Assembly (NCBI GenBank): GCA_963749495.1
Contig: CAVVMW010000021.1
Span: 32,001-96,000 of the forward strand
Reading direction: 5' to 3'
Origin: an uncultured bacterium
Lineage (GTDB): Bacteria > Verrucomicrobiota > Verrucomicrobiia > Limisphaerales > UBA8199
Length of the DNA: 64,000 nt
Shown: piece after piece, positions 10,446 through 20,168 of the stretch
Numbering within the stretch: position 1 is the first letter of the stretch
Layout: every line of letters begins with the position of its first letter
Position numbers and translations under genes: made by a program
Notes under the pieces: model-generated
Databases searched by the model: none
Seen by the model: only the letters and a program-made list of their open reading frames with translations
Told to the model about the DNA's origin: nothing

Positions 10446-10784
10446 GTCAATTGTTGTGAAAATGGCGATCAACTGGTGGGTCTCGTCGAGGAGATCGGCC
10501 ATCCTGGGTGCGGGGACGCAACCGCTATCAACGAGCAGTTCGAGCCAATACTCGGTTTCATCGATTTCCTTGAGGCAGTGGCCGATCTTGGAAATGAATT
10601 CGCTCTTGGATCGGGCGCGCGCTGCCTCGCGATAGTTGGCGCCTACCGAAGTTGCGGAGCGCAGGACCTGTTTACCGAGCACCTGCGCCACCGTATCATT
10701 CTTTGGCAGCTTTGAATACATCCGAATGACTCGGAGCGCGAAGGCCTTCGTTCTCGGTTTCAGTTCCTGTGGTTGGTCATTCAT
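10428..10784 (-). CDS. Four-helix-bundle protein (TIGR02436/23S-IVS-protein/bAvd-like family)
   Basis: RTK.FALRVI....LP.....QVLGKQVLRSATSVGANYREA.RARS..EF.SK....LKE.DET.YWLELL. Confidence 0.92.
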   Translation of the reverse strand: MNDQPQELKPRTKAFALRVIRMYSKLPKNDTVAQVLGKQVLRSATSVGANYREAARARSKSEFISKIGHCLKEIDETEYWLELLVDSGCVPAPRMADLLDETHQLIAIFTTIDKKAKG

Positions 10785-10879
10785 AGGCAGGAATGCTAAG
10801 GGTAGGAGGCGAGAAAGCCAACTCCGGAGGCTGACAGCTAAAGGCCCGCGTGCCTGTCAGGTGCCGCACCGCGCTCCGC

Positions 10880-10907
10880 CACTTTAGCCTTTAGCCTTTA
10901 GCCTTTT
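10880..10907. repeat. (TTTAGCC)n heptamer array, inverted relative to 10342-10374
   Basis: CACTTTAGCCTTTAGCCTTTAGCCTTT; contains the stop codon of the upstream minus-strand gene. Confidence 0.8.
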
Positions 10908-12265
10908 CCCCAGACGCCTTCCGGGCCGAAGAGATGGTCCAGGGCCGTTTCGAGGGTGCCGGTGCGCATGGCGAGGTCCAGGGCGGTGAAGCGGCGGCGC
11001 AGGAAGCAGGCCTGCCAATAGGTCCGGCGCAGCCGCGGGCGGGTGATGCCGATCTGCTCCGGTTGGACGGGCGCGCCGGCGGCCTCGAGCATGGCCCTCA
11101 GCTCGGCCAGGGGCAGCAGTTGCTCGCGCAGGCGCCGGCTCAGTTGGGGCCAGGCGCCGCGCAGCGTTTCCAGTTGCTGGCGCAGCCCGGCGCGGTCCAC
11201 GGCCTTGGCACGGGTCTCAACAAGGGCGACCTCCCTGGCCTCGCCCGGTTCGAAGGCTTGAATGACCTGTTTTTCGAGGGCGGGCGGGTCGGGCCATTGG
11301 GCGCAGCAACGGTCCACGTCCAGGCGTTCCAGCGGCAGGGCCAGGAGGTATTCATAGAGGGCGGTGACGGCGAGTGTGCCGATGCCGACCTTGAACCCGT
11401 GCCAGGGGATCTTGCCCTGGTGGGTATGATGCTCCATGTCCCATTGATGGCTGAACTGGTGTTCGGCGCCCGAGGCAACGCGGCTCGATCGAGCCCAGAC
11501 CATGGCCAGCCCGCCCAGCATCAGGCCCTCGGTCAGACGCCGAAGCGCCTCCAGGTCGCCGGTGCGCACGCCCGCCGGGTCGGCCAGGACCTCGCGCAGG
11601 CGGCCCTGGATGATGTCCCAGGCGCCCTGGTTGATGGGCTCGGTCCCCACGGCATCGGCCAGCATCCAATCGGCCCCGGCAGGGACCTTGGCGATGAGAT
11701 CGGCGTAGCCCGCCGCATTCAACTCCGCAGGCGCACCAGCGATCACATCCAGGTCGGCCACGACCGCCACCGGGGCAGGGCAGGGGAAGGTCTGCTTCGA
11801 GCCGTTGTGAGTGATCGAAGCCCCGTAGGCGGTATAGCCATCCATGGAAGCCGCGGTCCCCACGACCATGTAGCGTCGGCCCAGGCGATGCGACGCCAGC
11901 TTGGTCAGGTCGTTAATGGTGCCGGAGCCGACAGCCACCGGGCCGGCCCCTGGATGGGCGCGCAAGACCTCCTCGACCGCGACCACGAACCGATCCTCGG
12001 CATAGAGGTGCGGGTCCTTGAAGATGAACGGCGGCTCCACGGCATGCCCTACGCTCGAAAATGCCTCGACCACCGCGCGGCCCGCCGCCGCAAACGTCTG
12101 CTCGTCCGCAATCACCAGCGCCGGTTTGTTCCCAAACGCAAGGACGAAGAGAACCGGCGTCTGCCCCAACACGCCGCGGTCCAGCTCCAGCCAAAGGGTC
12201 TCCTGGGTCGCCCGGAGGGCGCGGTGCATGTGTGCTCTCAAATCGTCTTGCACGGTATCGCTCAT
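10898..12265 (-). CDS. sn-glycerol-1-phosphate dehydrogenase (AraM/EgsA family)
   Basis: AVGSGTINDLTK, TAASMDGYT, AGYADL.AK..A.ADW, SR.ASGAEHQFSH, HG.KVG. Confidence 0.88.
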   Translation of the reverse strand: MSDTVQDDLRAHMHRALRATQETLWLELDRGVLGQTPVLFVLAFGNKPALVIADEQTFAAAGRAVVEAFSSVGHAVEPPFIFKDPHLYAEDRFVVAVEEVLRAHPGAGPVAVGSGTINDLTKLASHRLGRRYMVVGTAASMDGYTAYGASITHNGSKQTFPCPAPVAVVADLDVIAGAPAELNAAGYADLIAKVPAGADWMLADAVGTEPINQGAWDIIQGRLREVLADPAGVRTGDLEALRRLTEGLMLGGLAMVWARSSRVASGAEHQFSHQWDMEHHTHQGKIPWHGFKVGIGTLAVTALYEYLLALPLERLDVDRCCAQWPDPPALEKQVIQAFEPGEAREVALVETRAKAVDRAGLRQQLETLRGAWPQLSRRLREQLLPLAELRAMLEAAGAPVQPEQIGITRPRLRRTYWQACFLRRRFTALDLAMRTGTLETALDHLFGPEGVWGKG

Positions 12266-12442
12266 CGCCCTGAAGTTACGAGACAAAGCGCCGCCTTGCA
12301 ATGGAACAAAGGACACCGGGATGAGGGAAGGCGCATTTCCCGGCGCAAATGGTTCGGCGTCTATCCGGCCAACAAGATCGCATTTGGCGGACTTGCCTGG
12401 CGTGGCGGGAACGATTCAGGATATCCGCAGAGTTGTATGCCG

Positions 12443-12694
12443 ATGAGCGCGATTCAGACACCTGACGCTGCCAGCGCATTGGCGCGCTTCGTTGAGCGTG
12501 ACCCATTACGATTGGGGGGCGTCCCCGTGTTCCGGGGAACGCGAGTGCCGGTCAAGAGCCTGTTTGATCACCTGCGCGCTGGCGATTCCTTGGAGGCCTT
12601 TCTTGACGACTTCCCCGGCGTAACGCGCGAGCAGGCCCAGGCTGTGATTGACTTGGCCGGCCACCAACTGCTCGGAGAGGCCCCTGGGCAGTGA
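12443..12694 (+). CDS. DUF433 family antitoxin
   Basis: DP..LGG.PVFRGTRVPV..L.D.L..G.SL..FL.DFP.VTREQ. Confidence 0.9.
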   Translation: MSAIQTPDAASALARFVERDPLRLGGVPVFRGTRVPVKSLFDHLRAGDSLEAFLDDFPGVTREQAQAVIDLAGHQLLGEAPGQ

Positions 12695-13053
12695 GGGTGC
12701 TGCTGGATCACTGCATGCCCCGGCGCTTTCGGCGCCTACTCGGGGGCCACGATGTGCGGACAGCATACGAGATGGGGTGGGCCTCGCTGAGCAACGGCGC
12801 ACTGCTTGCCCAAGCCCGGGGACCTTTTGACGTTTTCGTCACGGTCGATCAGAACGTCCAGTTTCAGCAGAATCTTCTAGCGCTGCCGCTGCCAGTGGTG
12901 GTCATCGTTGCGCCAGACAACCGTTTTGAAACCCTGGCACCATACGCCCCGAGCCTTCTCCGCACCTTGGCGGAACCCTTGGCGCGTGAGTTGATTCGCA
13001 TCGAGTCGCCTGGGCGGGTCGTCCGGCTGCCACCTCGGCCTCCTGGACCCTGA
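12691..13053 (+). CDS. DUF5615/VapC45-like PIN toxin
   Basis: MRVLLDHC.P, W..L.NG.LL, FDVFVT.DQN..FQQN; GTGA overlap with the DUF433 gene. Confidence 0.88.
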   Translation: MRVLLDHCMPRRFRRLLGGHDVRTAYEMGWASLSNGALLAQARGPFDVFVTVDQNVQFQQNLLALPLPVVVIVAPDNRFETLAPYAPSLLRTLAEPLARELIRIESPGRVVRLPPRPPGP

Positions 13054-13104
13054 ACTTCAACCTGCGCTCTGTTCACTCAATTCCCCCTGCCCGTGACGTG
13101 GGGG

Positions 13105-15599
13105 TTACTGCCCCGGCGCGACGACTTCGAAGGGGATGGCGGGCAGGGTGCCGATGGGGAAACGGCGGCGGTTGGCGGGGGCCTTTTTGCCGGCTGCGGG
13201 CTGGGCATTCTCGGCAAAGGCATTGACGATGAGATTGCCGGCCAGGCCGGGTTTGGCCTTGGCTGCGTCGCAGGCCAGGACCAGTTCCGAGTCCTGATCT
13301 GCGGAGACCACGTCACGGAGGACAATCCCGTCCGGAGGTTGGCTCAGCTCGAACTGGGCCTTGCCAAAGAAGGCCGCGAGAGCGCGGGAAAGCGGGACAC
13401 GCACGCTGCCGCCGGCGGGGAGTCGGACCAGGTCGGGTCTTTGGAATGTGGCCCTGGGCCGTGGGCGGCCAATGACCGCGGCCTGGAGTTCCTGGGCCGG
13501 GACCAGGTGGTGGTAGGCGAAGGCCTGCATCATATCGTCTGCGGGCACGGCCGGGCGGATGACCCTGCGGCCAGCGATGGTGGCCCGCCCTTGGATGGAG
13601 AGGGTGAACGGTTCATCGCTGGGCATTGGCGGGGCGGTGAGCGTGAGGCGGATCTGGTCCTGGCCGGCGGGCACACGGGCGCCACTCAGGGCGAACCCGG
13701 CGGGGGCGTCCTTGAGGGCGAGGGTGATTTCGTTGGTAAACCCGTCTTTGCGCAGCGCATAGACTGTGATCGGGATAGTCGCGCCGGCGCGGAGCGTCAG
13801 GCTGGAGGGGACGACCCGCAGCGCGAAATCGGGCTGGGGATCGCTCAGGCGCAGGCGATACGTGTAGTCCGGGCCGCCTTTGTGCTGGGCGTCGCCCAGA
13901 TGGAGGAAGTAGGTCCCGTCGGCCGGCAGAACGGCCGTTAGATACGAATCGGCGTGGTGCGTGCTGAGGCCCGAACCTTTGTCCTCGAAATCGTCATTGA
14001 AGGCAAGCTGGCGCCCGGTGGCATCGGTCAGCTTGAGCACTGAATCGAGCGGCGAGTCGAGCCGCCGCGCGCAGACTTCGGCCACGACCTGCTCACCGGC
14101 GTGTCCATCGAAGTGGAACAGGTCCCAGTCGCCCGGCGGGTCGATGCGCCCATTGACGATGATGGGGAGGGTGAGCGGTTGGGCGCTCTGCGGGGTGTTG
14201 TTGGGCTCGAGTTCCCGGGTCTCGGGCAAGGTGTCTGCCGCGAACGGAACGAGATTGGAAACCCACTCGCCGTTGCGCACCGAGAGCCAGTGAGTCCCCG
14301 GCTCGTTGAATGAGACGCTGAGCTTGCCGGCAGGCAAGTTCCATCCGGTGACTTCGATGCTGGTCTGGGCGCCGGCCGGGCCACCGAGCGGGAAGATGCC
14401 CGTCACAAAGGGCAACTCGCCGATGGCGATGCGATAGACAAAATCCTCGCGTCCGCGGTAGAGGGCGTCCTTGATGGCGATGGCATACTCGCCGTCCTTG
14501 GGGACTTTGTAGAACAGGACCGGGTCGGGGTGGAAGCGATAGTTATCTTCGTAGGCCAACTCCTTGCCGTGGGAATCGTAGAGCGTCAAGGCGGCCTGGA
14601 ACCACCCGGGCACGGCGTCGGCCAGGTAAGGGATCAACTCCCGCGCGCTGACGGCGATGACCAACTGCTGGCCTGCACGAGCGTGAAAGCGGTAGCGGTC
14701 GACTTGGCCCGGCAGGATTTGGCCGTTGATGACCGCCGGGAGGGTCACGGGCATATCGACCGGCGGTGTGTCGGGGCGTCCGTTGTTGCCTCGGGCCGGC
14801 CTCGGCAAGGGCGGCTGGGCGGGCTCAGGCCGTTTCTGCCGCAACTCGGGGAGCAGGCCCACGCGGAAGAGCAGGGGATTGGAGAGCCCGGTTGCGGTGC
14901 GCAGGCGCAACTCCCGAGTGCCCGGCTCAGCCTCCGCCGCAACGGCAACTTCGAGGCTGACTGTCTCAGCGATCGCGGGATTAGCCGAGCGCCGCTGGAA
15001 GGCAGCCAGTTTCTTGAGGATCTCCTGCACCATTTGCCGGTCCTCGGCGGTCCAGGTGACGTTGGTCGAGCCTGGCTTCTCGGCGGCGTCGGGGCGCTTG
15101 TTGTCCAAAGCGCGCGCGCGCTTGTCCCGCAGTTCTTTGAGTTTCTCTCGCAGGTCGTTGGCCTGTTTGGGGGTCAGCGGCTTCTCCTGCCGGAGGAGGG
15201 TGGCGCGCAGGCTGGCCCGGAGAAATTGGCGTTGGTTGCCCCGTCGAGGAACTGGCCGCCGACGGTCACTTGGAAGGTGGCGCCCTGGCGTCCGCCGGCG
15301 GGATAGACATAGCCGATGTGGGGCGGTGCCGGCTGGCCGTGGGCGGCAAGGCACAGAGCGAGGCAACAGAGAGCGGCGCCAAGGCCGCGCAAGACCACAA
15401 ACGGAGGACCTTTGTCGAAACCTTTGTCGAAACCTTTGTCGAAACCTTTGTCGAAACCTTTGTCGCAGCCTTTGTCGAAACCTTTGTCGGATCGGCCATT
15501 TTTCGACAAAGGCTGCGACAAAGGTGCCGACAAAGGTCCGGACTTGGACCCCCGGCGGCCATCTTTCAACCCTCCGCGCTGAGGCGGATGGGCCCTCAT
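13105..15599 (-). CDS. Secreted PPC-domain (pre-peptidase C-terminal) repeat protein of the DUF1553/DUF1501 cassette; -1 frameshift near 15212
   Basis: Start coupled to the DUF1501 stop (ATGA). Signal peptide then P.IGYVYPAGG.QG; TCC GGG CCA GC CTG lacks one base; downstream frame has LPAVING.I....VD.YRF, E.EPNN and RRL.SPLD repeats. Confidence 0.8.
15408..15538. repeat. Family B 12-mer palindromic core (CCTTTGTCGAAA)n...(CGACAAAGG)n inside the 5' end of the PPC gene
   Basis: Seven tandem 12-mers followed by three inverted units; translates as PLSAPLSQPLSK...DKGFDKGCDKGF. Confidence 0.85.
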
Positions 15600-16939
15600 G
15601 TAATCTCAGCCAATGCCCCGCCGCTGGGCAGGCCCTCGCCGGGAGCGGGGATGGCAGTAACGGCAAGGCCCTGCGGATGGGGCAGCCTGGCTGTGGCGCT
15701 GATGCCCAGCAGTTCGTAGATGCTGTGGATCAGATCGCAGGGATAAACCGGGCGGTCTTTGACTTCTTCGCCTCGAGCGTCGGAGGCCCCGACGAGCTGT
15801 CCGCCCTTGAAACCGCCGCCGGCGACGACGGCGCTGAAGACCTGGCCATAATGACCGCGGCCGCCGTTCCAGGGCTCCTCCCATTGAATCCGTGGGGTGC
15901 GGCCGAACTCGCCGATGACCCAGACGATGGTGCTGTCGAGCAGGCCGCGCTCGGCCAGGTCCTGGAGCAGGGTTGCCAGGCCCTTGTCCAGCTCGGGCAG
16001 TTTGCGGCGCATGGCCGGGAAATTCTGTTTGTGGGTGTCCCAGCCGCCGTTGTTGATAGTCACGCAGGGGACGCCACGTTCGACCAATCGGCGAGCAACC
16101 AGGCAGGATTGGCCGAAGGTGGTCCGGCCGTACTGGTCGCGGAGGGTGTCTTTTTCCTGGGATAGCTCGAACACCTTGCCGGCATCGCCGAGGATGAGGT
16201 CATAGGCCTCGTTCTCGCACTGGGCCAGGGCGTTGAGCCGGGGGTCGCCTTTCATGGCGTGTTCGAGGGTGTTGAGGTTGTGCAGGAGTTGGCGGCGGTT
16301 GCGCTGGCGCTCATCGGAGATGCCCGGCGCCGCGACGCCCTCGACCATGAAGCGGCTCTGGGCAGGGTCGCCGCCCGTGGCAAACGGCTTGTAGCGCGTC
16401 CCCAGGAAACCGGCCTCGGAAAACCGCCCCTGCGGCTGGGTCAGGACGACATAGGGCGGGATCAGGCCCCGATAGCCGGCGTCATAGCCCTTGAACAGCG
16501 AGACCACGGCGCCTACCGAGGGAAAGACGTCGCGCCCGCCGGACATCCGGCCAGTCTGGACGGTATAGGAGGCGGTCTCATGGGCGTTCACACCGTGGGT
16601 CATGCTGCGGATGATGGAGAATTTGTCGGCCTGTTTGGCCAGCAACGGCAGCAACTCGCAAATTCGTGTGCCGGCCACGGTGGCAGCAATCGGCTTATTG
16701 AGCGGGCCGCAGTAATCGTAGCCGGCCTCGGGTTTTGGATCAAAGGTGTCCAGGTGGGGAGGGCCGCCCCCCAACCAGAGCTGGATGACGGCCTTGGCCT
16801 TGGCCGGAGTGGCTGCCAGGACGCGCAGGCCCAGCTTGTCCCACAGCACCGCCCCTGCCACCCCCAAAAACCCAAGCCGCAGGGCCTCCCGCCTCGAGAT
16901 GTCAGGCAAAACCATCCTTGAACTCAACTCGATGCGCAT
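15596..16939 (-). CDS. DUF1501 domain protein (Tat-exported)
   Basis: SRREALRLG, VI.LWL.GGP.HLDTFDPKP, YG.T.FGQSCL.ARRLVE.GV, GWDTH, GEFGRTP. Confidence 0.93.
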   Translation of the reverse strand: MRIELSSRMVLPDISRREALRLGFLGVAGAVLWDKLGLRVLAATPAKAKAVIQLWLGGGPPHLDTFDPKPEAGYDYCGPLNKPIAATVAGTRICELLPLLAKQADKFSIIRSMTHGVNAHETASYTVQTGRMSGGRDVFPSVGAVVSLFKGYDAGYRGLIPPYVVLTQPQGRFSEAGFLGTRYKPFATGGDPAQSRFMVEGVAAPGISDERQRNRRQLLHNLNTLEHAMKGDPRLNALAQCENEAYDLILGDAGKVFELSQEKDTLRDQYGRTTFGQSCLVARRLVERGVPCVTINNGGWDTHKQNFPAMRRKLPELDKGLATLLQDLAERGLLDSTIVWVIGEFGRTPRIQWEEPWNGGRGHYGQVFSAVVAGGGFKGGQLVGASDARGEEVKDRPVYPCDLIHSIYELLGISATARLPHPQGLAVTAIPAPGEGLPSGGALAEIT

Positions 16940-17000
16940 ATCAGGACACTGCTAATTGCAGTTATTCAGACGCTTGCCCAAGAGCGAATGTTACAGCAGG

Positions 17001-17421
17001 ATCATGGAAGAAAGAATCATCAGAAACAGAATCATTTTTGGCAGAACAGAGAGATGCATTGGGCCTGGGATTCATGATGGGTTTGCTTTTCCGAGGTCTT
17101 GCTCCTTACCGTGAAAATGTCCGGAATTCAATTCGCGCATGGTTCAGATTCACCCACTGGAGAAACGGGAGCCTGGTGTGCGCCAGGAACCGGCGTTGGT
17201 GTTGCGCCGCACGATCATGGAAGAAAGAATCATCAGAAACAGAATCATTTTTGGCAGAACGGAGAGATGCATCGGGCCTGGGATTCATGATGGGTTTGCT
17301 TTTCCGAGGTCTTGCTCCTTACCGTGAAAGTGTCCGGAATTCAATTCGCGCATGGTTCAGATTCACCCACTGGAGAAACGGGAGCCTGGTGTGCGCCAGG
17401 AACCGGCGTTGGTGTTGCGCC
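17001..17421. repeat. 213-bp tandem duplication of the GxxExxY gene 3' end and downstream flank
   Basis: 17001-17208 vs 17214-17421, with three transition mismatches seen. Confidence 0.9.
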
Positions 17422-18122
17422 ATCTGCTCGATGCTCTTGGTAACTGCTGTGAGCCTGAACGCCGTGTCCCCAATTACCAGCCCAATCTTCTGCCTGCCGA
17501 GCAAACGAACCCCGTCCCATAGTTCCACTTCACCGGGCTCTGCATTCGGACCATTGAGCAAATGGTTCATCGCCTCGCGGTAGGGGCTTATCTCGAGGAA
17601 TGCCCCCCAGTCCTCCAATAGCTCGATGAGCTTCCTCCTGAACGTGCCGCTTGCCACGTCGAGCTCACGCCATTCATCGTCCACAATGCAAAACCTCCTC
17701 CTCTGGGCCGCGTCCAGGGTAGTCGATACAAACTCCCATTCGACGCTCGGTGGGCGAAGATTGAGCAGTTTTCCATGCCTCAAACCGGCCATCAGGAGGT
17801 AATTGAGCGCCTGTGCGCGGTGGGCTGGGCTGATGGCCTCCGCTGTCTTCACCTCAACCATCATCCCATGCGCGAAGACAAGGTCCATGTAGTAGTCCTT
17901 TCGAAAGGACTCATGCGTAAGACGAATCCGGACCTCCTTCTCAATTGGTGCAATGCCTGATTCGGTGCATCGCCCTGCGATAGCCCCCTTGTACAACTCC
18001 TCATCCAAGAGCCTGCCAAATTCGTTGTGGACCGCGAAAACGGCCCCCATGACTCGCTTGTCCATTGCATGGAACTCCTCCTGGCCAAAGGCCCGTATTT
18101 CCGTGGCAACTTCGATCGGCAT
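17319..18122 (-). CDS. GxxExxY family PD-(D/E)XK nuclease-like protein, long form with a degenerate second copy of the domain
   Basis: VHNEFGRLLDEELY, Y.MDLV...MMVEVK, H.AQALNYL..AGL..G.LLN; second half WGAFLEISPY..H.RRFL.HT.L....WVN. Confidence 0.85.
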   Translation of the reverse strand: MPIEVATEIRAFGQEEFHAMDKRVMGAVFAVHNEFGRLLDEELYKGAIAGRCTESGIAPIEKEVRIRLTHESFRKDYYMDLVFAHGMMVEVKTAEAISPAHRAQALNYLLMAGLRHGKLLNLRPPSVEWEFVSTTLDAAQRRRFCIVDDEWRELDVASGTFRRKLIELLEDWGAFLEISPYREAMNHLLNGPNAEPGEVELWDGVRLLGRQKIGLVIGDTAFRLTAVTKSIEQMAQHQRRFLAHTRLPFLQWVNLNHARIEFRTLSR

Positions 18123-18226
18123 GAGTGGCAGAATGATGGAAGATGTCAGCAGAATCCAGCCTTCATGGTTCTGCCAATAATGATTCTGTTTTGTCAGGAA
18201 CCTCTCATCAATGATTCTGCCCGGGG

Positions 18227-19810
18227 TCAGTGGCGGTAGAGGAACTCGGGGGTGTTGATCAGGGCCCAGGCCAGGTCAATGGCGCCCTCGCGGCCTGTGG
18301 CGCCGCTGGACTGGGCGTATTGGGTCGCGGCGTCCAGTTCCTGGCCGGTCGGCAGGCGCGAGAGGATGAGCAGGTAAAGGCGGTTGACGACCTGGCGGGG
18401 GTTCTCGGCGGATTGGAGGAAGGCGCGCAGTTTTGGGCCCTGTTCAAGTTTGCGCTGGAGGTGGCTGGAGTTGAGCAGGTGCAGGCATTGGGCGGCGGTG
18501 GCGCGGTTGTTGCGCTCCGATTCCAGGCCGGTGTCGCGCGCCGGGCGGCCGAACAGTTCGAGGAAGGAGCTGGTGATGCTGGCGTCGGCCAAGGCGATCG
18601 AGCGCTGGTCCTCGGGAACGAAGGTGAAAGGCTCGGGAATGGGGCTGGAGTAATCTTCAGTGGTGCCCGTAATCTGGTCCAGGGCATCGATGAGGACTTC
18701 GGCTTCGAGGCGGCGCAGGGGGTAGCAGGCGAAGTTGGCCTCGGCTTCCGGCTGCCTGGCCTGGGGTATGGAGGAGAGTTGGTAGGTCGTTGAGTTGAGG
18801 ATGAGCCGGAAGAGGCGCTTGAGGTCGTAATGGGCGGCGATGAGTTCGCGCTCGAGCAGGGCGAGCAATTCCGGGTTGCTGGGGGGATTGTCGGGCCGGA
18901 AGTCGTCCGGCTCATGGACGATACCCCGGCCCAGCAGCCAGGACCAGACCCGGTTGGCGATGTTGGCGGTGAACCAGGGATTGGCGGGATGGATGAGCCA
19001 GTCTGCAAAGACCTCGCGCGGGTCTCGCCCGGGCGTCAAGGCAGCCGGCAGGCCGTCGGGAAACACGGCAGCCGGGGGCGGATTGGTCGAGGTCTTTTGC
19101 GGATCGAAGATGACGATTTCTTCTTTCCACTCGGCGGTGCATTTGTAGCCGACCTGGGAAAAGAAGGCGGCCATGCCGGTCCAGCGCGCGTTGGACCAGG
19201 CGGCGGGCCGCACGCCCATGAAGGTGAGCGCCACGGCCTGGGCGATGGCCGGGGGCTCCTTGCTTTGGAGGGCGCGGTAGAAATTGACCTGGGGCGCGCG
19301 GAAGTTGCTGCCGCTGGCGGTGAGCAGTTCGCGCGCGAATTGGTCGTAGGGCAGGTTCTGCCGCAGGCCCTCGCGAATCCAGCGGTGATAGGCCTGGACG
19401 GCGTTGGGCCAGAGGTTGATGGGGAACTCCGACTTAACCCGGAGCAGGTCGCTCCATTTCATGGCCCAGTAGTCCGCAAATTCATCCCGCGCCAGGAGCC
19501 GTTCGATCAGGGCGCTGCGTTTGTTGGGGCTCGAGTCCGCCAGGAAGGTCCGTGCCTCCTGCGGCGTCGGCAGCGTCCCGATCACGTCCAGCCAGGCGCG
19601 CCGCGCGAAGACCGCATCCGAGCAGACATGGGCGGGCTTGAGGCCCAGTTGCTCGAGCCGCCGGAAGACCAGTTCATCAACCTGGTTCCGGGGCGTTGGC
19701 GGTCCGGGCTGCTCAAACGGGCCCACTGCAGGCGCGGGCGCGGCCCCCTGGGCCGCCGCGTTCAGCAAGGCCAGCGCCCAGATTAAGGCAAATGTCGGAG
19801 ATGGGTTCAT
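18227..19810 (-). CDS. DUF1549/DUF1553 domain protein
   Basis: SDAVF.RR.WLD.IGTLPT, KR..LI..LL, N.WF..N.ANRVW..L.GRGIV.EPDD, RRL.AEVL.DA, DL.WAL.N..EF. Confidence 0.92.
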   Translation of the reverse strand: MNPSPTFALIWALALLNAAAQGAAPAPAVGPFEQPGPPTPRNQVDELVFRRLEQLGLKPAHVCSDAVFARRAWLDVIGTLPTPQEARTFLADSSPNKRSALIERLLARDEFADYWAMKWSDLLRVKSEFPINLWPNAVQAYHRWIREGLRQNLPYDQFARELLTASGSNFRAPQVNFYRALQSKEPPAIAQAVALTFMGVRPAAWSNARWTGMAAFFSQVGYKCTAEWKEEIVIFDPQKTSTNPPPAAVFPDGLPAALTPGRDPREVFADWLIHPANPWFTANIANRVWSWLLGRGIVHEPDDFRPDNPPSNPELLALLERELIAAHYDLKRLFRLILNSTTYQLSSIPQARQPEAEANFACYPLRRLEAEVLIDALDQITGTTEDYSSPIPEPFTFVPEDQRSIALADASITSSFLELFGRPARDTGLESERNNRATAAQCLHLLNSSHLQRKLEQGPKLRAFLQSAENPRQVVNRLYLLILSRLPTGQELDAATQYAQSSGATGREGAIDLAWALINTPEFLYRH

Positions 19811-19885
19811 GGAGTCGGACGGGCCGGACACGTGAGACAACCGCGAATGAATGACGCCTTCGGCGTCGTGGCAATGACGCGCGGG

Positions 19886-20146
19886 CTACTGTTTCCCGGG
19901 CAATTCCTGCGGCTCGGCCTGCGGCTCGGCGGCGCCCGGCGGGCCGGCCCTGCGGCCGCGCCAGGCCATGATGAGCATCGCCACCCCGAAGACCAGCAGC
20001 ACCCCTCCCCACCGCAGGTTGACATTGATGTCGAGCGAGCGTTTGTAGAGCTCGGTGTCCGAGCCGCTCACCAGGCCGAAGATGAAGAGCATCGCGCCGA
20101 TGAGCGTAAACATGAGGCCGATTGGCCAGCGAATATCCAGACCCAT
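19886..20146 (-). CDS. Small two-TM membrane protein accompanying the symporter
   Basis: MGLDIRWPIG.MF...G..L..FG....INVNL.WG..LLVFG..M. Confidence 0.8.
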   Translation of the reverse strand: MGLDIRWPIGLMFTLIGAMLFIFGLVSGSDTELYKRSLDINVNLRWGGVLLVFGVAMLIMAWRGRRAGPPGAAEPQAEPQELPGKQ

Positions 20147-20168
20147 ATAGTTGGTTCTTTCTGTAGCT

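Noticed and set aside
10898..12265. G1P dehydrogenase as evidence of archaeal-type lipid synthesis
   Set aside because: It is the bacterial AraM-type family, and no prenyltransferase genes are nearby.
17001..17421. DGR template/variable repeat pair (an Avd-like gene is in the window)
   Set aside because: Only three mismatches (A/G, T/C, A/G), not adenine-specific on one strand; no reverse transcriptase in the window.
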